DNA of 24,000 nt from contig CAWKBP010000007.1 of the NCBI GenBank assembly GCA_963847905.1, positions 61,222-85,221 of the forward strand, given 5' to 3'. This document shows, piece by piece, positions 17,971-24,000 of the stretch. Made by a program: the position numbers and the translations under genes. The first letter of the stretch is position 1, and each line of letters opens with the position of its first letter. The notes beneath the pieces are model-generated. The model saw only the letters and a list, made by a program, of their open reading frames with translations, searched no databases and had not been told where the DNA came from. The DNA is from an uncultured Planctomycetota bacterium (GTDB taxonomy: Bacteria > Planctomycetota > Planctomycetia > Pirellulales > Lacipirellulaceae).

Positions 17971-18764
17971 ATGCCCCGCCGCAAGAAGAAAAAACTCTTT
18001 CCCCGCTCGCGCAGTTTCTTCATGAAGCTCGGCGGATTGCTCGCATCCAAAGGCATCCAAGCCTGGATGCAGACCGCCGACGCACGGGCCGCCTACTACG
18101 ACCAGACCGTCGACCCCGTGCACGGCATCGAGGGGCCGCGGATTTATGTCTTCTGGCACGAATACATCCTCTTGCCGCTCGCGCTCCGCGGCCACTGCCA
18201 CCTCTCGATGCTCCTGAGCCAGCACAACGATGCCGACATCCTGGCCCGCATCGCCGGGCACTTCGGCTTCGACTGCGTTCGCGGCTCGACTTATCGCGGC
18301 GGCGCTCGTGCCCTCTGGGAACTCGAAGAACGCAGCCGCACCCATCATCTGACGATCACGCCCGACGGCCCACGCGGTCCGCGCCGTAAGCTGGCCCAAG
18401 GCCCGATCTACCTTGCCTCGCGGCTGCAGATTCCCCTCGTGTGCATGGGGTTCGGCTACGACCGCCCCTGCGCATGAAAAGTTGGGACAGCTTCGCCATC
18501 CCGCGGATGTTTTCGCGGGCCCGTGCCGTGGTCGGTCCGCCGGTGATGATCCCTGCCGAACTCGATCGCACCGGACTCGAAACGTGCCGGCTCCGCACCG
18601 AGCGGCTGCTAAACTGTCTCACCGCGGAAGCCGAAGCTTGGGCCGCCGCCGGCAGCCGTAAGACCGGCGAAGTGGTCATTCGTCCTCAGTTTGCCTCGCC
18701 GCCGCCGGGCAGACCGCGACCGCAACACGCTCTACCCTCCCTCCGGCCGGCGCGCGCCGCCTGA
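17971..18764 (+). pseudogene. DUF374-domain lysophospholipid-acyltransferase-like protein; frame broken as sequenced near 18463-18472
   Basis: Frame 1 (ORF 17971..18477) reads IYVFWHEYILLPL...SQHNDADILARI...GSTYRGGARAL...ITPDGPRGPRRKLAQGPIYLASRLQIPLVCMGFGYDRP and then hits TGA. The family continuation, LRMKSWDSFAIPRMFSRARAVVGPPVMIP, is in frame 3 (ORF 18441..18764). Confidence 0.8.
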
Positions 18765-18822
18765 ATCGACGCCGCGAACCTCGCTTGGTATCTTGGCGGT
18801 GACATCGCCATGATCGCTCCCG

Positions 18823-20107
18823 TTGCAGCATGGCGCAAACTCTCGATTTTGCCCACCGCTTGCGTCTTCGCGTAAAAAACAAGTGCCCACCCCGACTCTC
18901 ACCGCCGCCCCGCAAACGCTCACCGTCTCCGAGCTCACGGCCCACATCAAGGACCTGCTCGAAGGGGGATTTCCCCTCGGTCTGGGTCGCCGGCGAAATC
19001 TCCAACTTCTCCCGCCCCCAATCGGGCCACTGTTACTTCACGCTCAAAGACGACCAGGCTCAGATCCGCTCCGTGATCTGGCGTGGCACCGCGTCGAAAC
19101 TCAAGTTGGTGCTCGCCGACGGGTTGGAAGTTCTCTGTCGCGGCCACCTCGACGTGTACGCCCCTCGTGGCAGCTACCAACTGGTGGTCGACGAACTCGA
19201 GCCGAAGGGCGTCGGTGCGTTGGAGTTGGCCTTGCGCAAACTCCGCGAAAAACTCTCCGCCGAAGGCCTCTTCGATCCGGCCCGGAAACGACCGCTGCCT
19301 GTGTTTCCCAAACGAATCGCCTTCGTCACCAGTCCCACCGGCGCAGCGGTCCGCGACTTTCTCGAAGTCCTGCGGCGACGCTGGCGCGGCGTAGAAGTGC
19401 TGATCATTCCGGCCCGCGTGCAGGGAGAAGGAGCGACTGCCGAAATCGTCGCCGGCATCCGCGCCGCGAATCGACTCCGGCCGGCCCCCGACGTGCTTGT
19501 CGTCGGTCGCGGCGGCGGCAGTCTCGAAGACCTCTGGTCGTTCAACGAAGAAGCGGTCGTCCGGGCGATCGCGGCGTCGCGGATTCCTACCGTCTCCGCC
19601 GTGGGCCACGAAATCGACGTCACGCTGGCCGACTTGGTAGCCGACGTCCGCGCCCTCACACCGAGCGAAGCCGCTGAGCGCGTCGTCCCCGCGGCCGAGG
19701 AACTCACGGCGCGACTACGTCAGCACCGCGAACGACTTCGCGTGGCCAGTCTCCGCCGACTGAATCTGTCCCGCACACGCCTCGACGCCATCGCTTCCCA
19801 GCGCCCCTTCCGCCGACCTTTCGACATCATCCACGACCGCAGCCGCCGCCTCGACGAACTCGCGCTGCATGGCGCCGCCGGCCTCCGCGGACTATTGCAC
19901 GATCGCCAACGTCGCTTCGCCAATCTGGCTGGCAAATTGCAATCACTCAGTCCCCTCTCGGTTCTGGAGCGCGGCTACTCGATCACCCAAGATACGAAGT
20001 CCGGCAAAGTCATTCGCTCCGCCAGCCAGCTTCGCCAAGATCAGTCGATCACCACGAAACTCGCCGACGGAACCGTTACCAGCCGCGTCGAGGCAATTGA
20101 CACTTAG
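18823..20107 (+). pseudogene. xseA: Exodeoxyribonuclease VII large subunit XseA; N-terminal ~50 codons in a different frame from the rest as sequenced (shift near 18964-18977); true start uncertain (TTG 18823 or GTG 18883)
   Basis: The conserved OB-fold N-terminus TLTVSELTAHIKDLLEGGFP is in frame 1 (ORF 18823..). The continuation SVWVAGEISNFSRPQSGHCYFTLKDDQAQIRSVIWRG...GRGGGSLEDLWSFNEE...SAVGHEID is in frame 2 (ORF 18830..20107). Confidence 0.9.
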
Positions 20108-20125
20108 AATTCAACAACAAGAAGA

Positions 20126-20200
20126 TTGAACAGGAGGGCGCAGAGGTAGCAGAGTTAGGTATCATTACAAACTCTGCTACCTCTGCGCCCTCCTGTTCAA
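20126..20200. repeat. 75-nt hairpin with a 31-bp perfect stem between xseA and xseB
   Basis: TTGAACAGGAGGGCGCAGAGGTAGCAGAGTT (20126-20156) is the exact reverse complement of AACTCTGCTACCTCTGCGCCCTCCTGTTCAA (20170-20200). The loop is 13 nt (AGGTATCATTACA). There is no U-tract after the stem on the + strand. Confidence 0.85.
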
Positions 20201-20235
20201 AATGTTCCCGTCTGTACTATTAGATTCGGATCATC

Positions 20236-20613
20236 ATGTCCAAAAAGAAGCCCACTCCCGAAAGTGATGCCCCGTCGTTCGAAGAATCGCTCCAAGAGCT
20301 CGAAGCGATTGTCAGCGAACTCGAGAGTGGCAAGTTGGGGCTCTCCGCTGCGCTCGCTCGCTATGAGGATGGCGTCAAGCACTTGAAGTCTTGTCACCAG
20401 CTGCTCGAGCGCGTTGAGCGGAAGATCGAACTGCTCTCCGGGATGGATGCCGAGGGCAATCCGATCACCACGCCGTTCAGCGAGCAGGAACATGCTTCGC
20501 TCGAAGAAAAGGCCGCCGCCCGCGGGCGGCGCCGCACAAGCGAACCAACCGCCACGACCGGCAAACGTAAGCCGACTCAGGCCGACATAGACGACGCGAA
20601 CAGCCTGTTTTAG
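20236..20613 (+). CDS. xseB: Exodeoxyribonuclease VII small subunit XseB with a long C-terminal extension
   Basis: The XseB helical hairpin is SFEESLQELEAIVSELESGKLGLSAALARYEDGVKHLKSCHQLLERVERKIELL. An additional ~50 aa of charged tail follows (EQEHASLEEKAAARGRRRTSEPTATTGKRKPTQADIDDANSLF). Confidence 0.9.
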   Translation: MSKKKPTPESDAPSFEESLQELEAIVSELESGKLGLSAALARYEDGVKHLKSCHQLLERVERKIELLSGMDAEGNPITTPFSEQEHASLEEKAAARGRRRTSEPTATTGKRKPTQADIDDANSLF

Positions 20614-20624
20614 AATGGATGCTG

Positions 20625-20680
20625 CTACACCCTCTCCCGGGCCCTCACCCAATTGGGTGAGGGCCCGGGAGAGGGTGTAG
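20625..20680. repeat. 56-nt perfect GC-rich palindrome between xseB and the polyprenyl synthase gene
   Basis: The sequence is CTACACCCTCTCCCGGGCCCTCACCC-AATT-GGGTGAGGGCCCGGGAGAGGGTGTAG, a 26-bp stem around a self-complementary AATT centre. It starts 12 nt after the xseB stop. There is no U-tract. Confidence 0.85.
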
Positions 20681-20724
20681 ATACTTTCGCCGCCTAATCG
20701 CTCTTCCCGCCTGAATCAACCGCC

Positions 20725-21624
20725 GTGGCCACGCTGCATACCGCCGACGATTCCACTGCCGCCGCCGATCGGCTCGCGGCGCGGATCGATGCGGCGCTCG
20801 ACCGCTACAGCCAGTTCGACGACGGTTGCCCCGCGGAGTTGGGCGAAGCAATTCGCTATTCGCTGCTCGCACCCGGCAAACGATTGCGGCCGCGGCTCGT
20901 GCTGCTGGCGGCCGAAGCTTGTGGCGGGTCGATCGACGCCGCCCTGCCCACCGCTTGTGCCGTCGAGATGATCCACACATATTCGCTCGTACACGACGAT
21001 CTGCCGGCGATGGATGATGATGACCTCCGCCGCGGCCGGCCCACCTGCCACAAAGTCTTCGGCGAGGCGATCGCGATTCTCGTCGGCGACGCGCTCCTCG
21101 CGCGGGCCTTCGAGATCATGGCCACTGACGTGAAGCCCGCCGACCGGGCCGCCCGTTGTTGTGCCGCGCTCGGTCACGCCGCCGGAGCCACCGCGCTCGT
21201 GGGCGGCCAGGCCTCGGACCTTGCCGGTGGCGCCAATTGCGAAGATGTCCCCGCGCTCGAATCGATCCACCGTCGCAAGACCGGCGCGCTGATCACCGCC
21301 TCGCTCGAACTGGGCGGAATCGTCGCCGGCGCGTCGGCCGAGCAATTGGCGGCGCTGCGGCAATATGGCCAGCACCTGGGCCTCGCCTTCCAAATCACCG
21401 ATGACCTGCTCGACGTGTCTGGTACTCAGGCCGATGTCGGCAAGCGACTTGCTAAAGACGCCGATCGCGGCAAAGCGACCTACCCCGAACTGCTGGGCAT
21501 CGACGAAAGCCGCGACCGTGCCGCTGCGCTCGTCGAACAGGCCTGCCAGGCGGTCGCAATTTTCGGAAATACCGGAGCGCCGCTTGTCGGTTTGGCGAAC
21601 TTCGTCCGCGACCGAAACCGTTAG
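20725..21624 (+). CDS. ispA: Polyprenyl diphosphate synthase (farnesyl/geranylgeranyl diphosphate synthase, IspA-like)
   Basis: The first Asp-rich motif is LVHDDLPAMDDDDLRRGRPTCH and the second is FQITDDLLD. KRLRP and GDALL are also present. It starts at GTG 20725. Chain-length specificity cannot be read from the sequence alone. Confidence 0.9.
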   Translation: MATLHTADDSTAAADRLAARIDAALDRYSQFDDGCPAELGEAIRYSLLAPGKRLRPRLVLLAAEACGGSIDAALPTACAVEMIHTYSLVHDDLPAMDDDDLRRGRPTCHKVFGEAIAILVGDALLARAFEIMATDVKPADRAARCCAALGHAAGATALVGGQASDLAGGANCEDVPALESIHRRKTGALITASLELGGIVAGASAEQLAALRQYGQHLGLAFQITDDLLDVSGTQADVGKRLAKDADRGKATYPELLGIDESRDRAAALVEQACQAVAIFGNTGAPLVGLANFVRDRNR

Positions 21625-21672
21625 CTGGAAACCGTTAAACCCAACCGTCTTCCTGCGGTTACAATAGATAAC

Positions 21673-23612
21673 ATGACCACCTCGCCGATCCTACCGACGA
21701 TTCAGTCTCCGCGAGATCTTGAGCAGCTCTCGCTGCCAAAGCTCGAGCGGCTCGCGGCCGAGATGCGCGAAGTGCTTTGCAATCTCGTCTCGGCCCGCAG
21801 CGCCCATTTCGCATCGAACCTTGGCGTGGTCGAGCTCTGCCTGGCCCTGCATCAAACGTTCGACTTCCTGCACGATCGGCTGATCTGGGACACCGGGCAT
21901 CAGATTTATCCTCACAAGCTGCTCACCGGCCGCTTCCCGCAGTTCGACACGATCCGCACCAAGGGCGGCCTGATGGGCTACCCCAACCCCGAAGAGAGCG
22001 ACTACGACCTGTTCGTCACGGGCCACGCCGGCTCGAGTGTGTCGACCGCAATCGGACTGGCGAGCGGCGATGCGCTGGCCCGCCCCGACGACGACCGCTG
22101 GAGCGTCGCGGTGATTGGCGACGGCGCGTTCCCCTCGGGCATCGTCTACGAGGCGATGAACAACGCCGGCCAGTTCGGCAAGCGCCTGCTGGTGATCCTC
22201 AACGACAACAAGATGTCGATCTGCCCGCGCGTCGGCGGCATGGCCGACTATCTCGACCGGCTCCGCATGAACCGCATGTACTCCGGCCTCAAGGAAGAGG
22301 TGGTCAGCGTGCTCGGCAAGGTGCCGCTGTTGGGCGACCCTGTCGAGCGGTTCCTGGCCCAATTGAAAGAAGCCGCCAAAGCGGGCATCCACGGCGGCAT
22401 GTTCTTCGAAGACCTCGGCTTTCGCTACTTCGGCCCGATCGACGGCCACAACATCGGCCTGCTGCGAAAATACTTGCGCATGGCCAAGGCGGCCGACGGC
22501 CCGATCCTGTTGCATGTGGTCACCGAAAAAGGGCACGGTTTCACGCCGGCCGCCGCCGATCCCGTGTTGTTCCATGCCCCGCCGCAATTCGAACGCAATG
22601 CGGATGAGGTCGTGCGGATGAATACCGGTGGCGGGCGATCGTTCACCCACGTGGCCGCCCAGGCGATCTTCGACCAGATGACGGCCGACCCGCGCGTCAC
22701 CGTGATCACGGCCGCAATGTGCCAGGGCAACAAGCTCGAAAAAGTCCGCGACGCGTTCCCCGATCGCTTCTTTGACACCGGAATCTGCGAGAGCCACGCG
22801 GTCGCCTTCGCCGCCGGACAAGCCAAAGCGGGCCTCCGTCCGATCGTCGACATCTACAGCACGTTCCTCCAGCGGTCGTACGATCAGATCTTCCAGGAAG
22901 TCGCACTGCAGAATTTGCCGGTCACGTTCATGCTCGACCGCGGTGGACTCGCCGGCCCCGACGGCCCGACCCACCACGGTGTGTTCGATCTCGGCTACCT
23001 GCGCGTCTTCCCGAATCTCGCGGTCATGCTCCCGGGCGACGAAGCCGACCTCCAGCAAATGCTCGCGCTCGGCGCTCCAGCACGACGGCCCCTGTGCCAT
23101 CCGCTATCCGAAGGCATCCGCAACGACGATTCCTGGCGTGCGCCTGCCCGTCGAATTCGGCAAAAGCGAGGTCCTTTCCCGCGGCGAGGATGGCACGATC
23201 GTTTGCGGCGGCGCGCTGTTGGGCGATTGCCTCGAAGCGGCAAAGCAACTTCGTGGCGACGGCCTCTCGATCGGCGTCATCAACGCCCGCTTCCTCAAGC
23301 CGCTCGACACCGATACGATCGTCGCCGCGATCCGCGCATTCGAGCTTCGTCGTCACGGTGGAAGAAGCGGCCCTCATGGGCGGCTTCGGATCGGCCGTGC
23401 TCGAGGCCGCTTCCGAGGCGGGCATCGACACCAGCCGCGTCCGCCGCCTCGGCATCCCGGACCATTTCATCGAACATGGCGAGCGCGGCGAACTGCTTGC
23501 CGATCTCGGCCTCGACACTGCCGGAATTGTCGCCGCCTGTCGTGCTTTGGCCCAGTCATCCCACCTCACCAGCGGTCAGCCATGGCAACCGACGCAAGAG
23601 CACGCGCGCTAA
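21673..23612 (+). pseudogene. dxs: 1-deoxy-D-xylulose-5-phosphate synthase Dxs; two successive +1 frame changes as sequenced (about 23068-23080 and 23340-23348)
   Basis: My own translation from the ATG at 21673 (frame 1) gives [63 protein letters not shown] and [17 protein letters not shown]. The next block, [12 protein letters not shown]...[24 protein letters not shown], is in frame 2. The last block, [27 protein letters not shown]...[20 protein letters not shown], up to TAA at 23610-23612, is in frame 3 (tail of ORF 23094..23612). The frame-1 ORF is absent from the ORF track because it has no stop before position 24000. Confidence 0.9.
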
Positions 23613-24000
23613 TCCTCGTCGACGGCTCGCGTCCGGCGATGCGCGACACGGTCGAGCGGCTGCGGCCGGTGATCGAGAAGCATTTGACGATCGTCGCCGT
23701 CTCGTTCGATTTCGAAGCCGATCTCGACACGTCGAACGTCGACTTCGTGATCGTCTTTGGCGGCGACGGCTCGATCCTGCGTGCTGCCCGTCAGATGGGC
23801 CACCAGCAGCGGCCCGTGCTCGGCGTGAATCTCGGCCGGCTCGGTTTCCTCGCCGCGCTACAGCCCGAGCAGCTCGACCAGGCCCTGCCCGAAATCGCCG
23901 CCGGCGGCCACCTTATCAACGAACACCTGATGTTCGAATGCACGCATCTGCGGGCCGGCGAGCCGCTCTGCCAGATACTCGGCCTCAACGAAGCCGAGGT
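23582..24000 (+). CDS. nadK: NAD kinase NadK, 5' portion (continues past the window)
   Basis: The ATG at 23582 (frame 2) gives [17 protein letters not shown]...[20 protein letters not shown]...[13 protein letters not shown], with the GGDG and NxGxLGFL motifs. It overlaps the dxs 3' end by 31 nt. It is absent from the ORF track because it is open to the window edge. Confidence 0.9.
   Translation, partial: MATDARARALILVDGSRPAMRDTVERLRPVIEKHLTIVAVSFDFEADLDTSNVDFVIVFGGDGSILRAARQMGHQQRPVLGVNLGRLGFLAALQPEQLDQALPEIAAGGHLINEHLMFECTHLRAGEPLCQILGLNEAE

Noticed and set aside
18823-19677. 284-aa + strand ORF in frame 1 overlapping xseA
   Set aside because: Only its first ~50 codons (through ...LLEGGFP) are genuine XseA sequence. 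The remainder is Arg/Pro-rich out-of-frame read-through.
21691-23100. 469-aa minus-strand ORF, the longest ORF listed in this region
   Set aside because: It is the antisense shadow of dxs. Its sequence is Arg/Gly/Ala/Val/Asp-rich with no recognisable motifs, whereas the + strand frame encodes canonical Dxs motifs. Long stop-free antisense frames are expected at this GC content.
3869-23612. Programmed ribosomal frameshifting or transcriptional slippage as the explanation for the frame changes
   Set aside because: No slippery heptamers (X XXY YYZ) with a downstream pseudoknot were seen, and no long homopolymers (9 nt or more). The events go in both directions and occur in gene families not known to use recoding.

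Overview
High-GC chromosomal segment that reads like core genome of a Planctomycetota (Pirellulales-like) bacterium; the taxonomic call is inference from gene content. I support about 21 protein-coding genes. I found no rRNA, tRNA, CRISPR array, transposase/integrase or recognisable defence genes. Left third, envelope and secreted proteins: a beta-barrel-like outer membrane protein, a MORN-repeat protein, a PEP-CTERM protein tightly coupled to a GT2-TPR glycosyltransferase, a Tat-signal VOC enzyme and a tandem-domain secreted protein. Middle: mgtE, the rny-ymdB pair (minus strand), an 840-bp gene-free stretch, tilS, a roughly 1120-aa AsmA-like protein, a small acidic protein, dapF and a DUF374 acyltransferase-like gene. 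Right: xseA-xseB-ispA-dxs-nadK. dxs and nadK are missing from the supplied ORF track because their frames stay open to the window edge, and the 469-aa minus-strand ORF listed there is only the antisense shadow of dxs. The most striking observation is eight apparent single-nucleotide indels that break or locally scramble six conserved genes (GT2-TPR, rny x2, AsmA-like, DUF374, xseA, dxs x2). They sit mostly at short homopolymer or GC runs, so assembly error is more likely than true decay. Other unexplained structure: a 31-bp perfect hairpin between xseA and xseB, a 56-nt perfect palindrome between xseB and ispA, a twin-hairpin inverted repeat upstream of dapF, and a repeat-laden, C/A-skewed noncoding region between rny and tilS. 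I did not find a convincing novel multi-gene system. All indel coordinates are approximate and rest on manual translation and remembered family motifs, not on searches.
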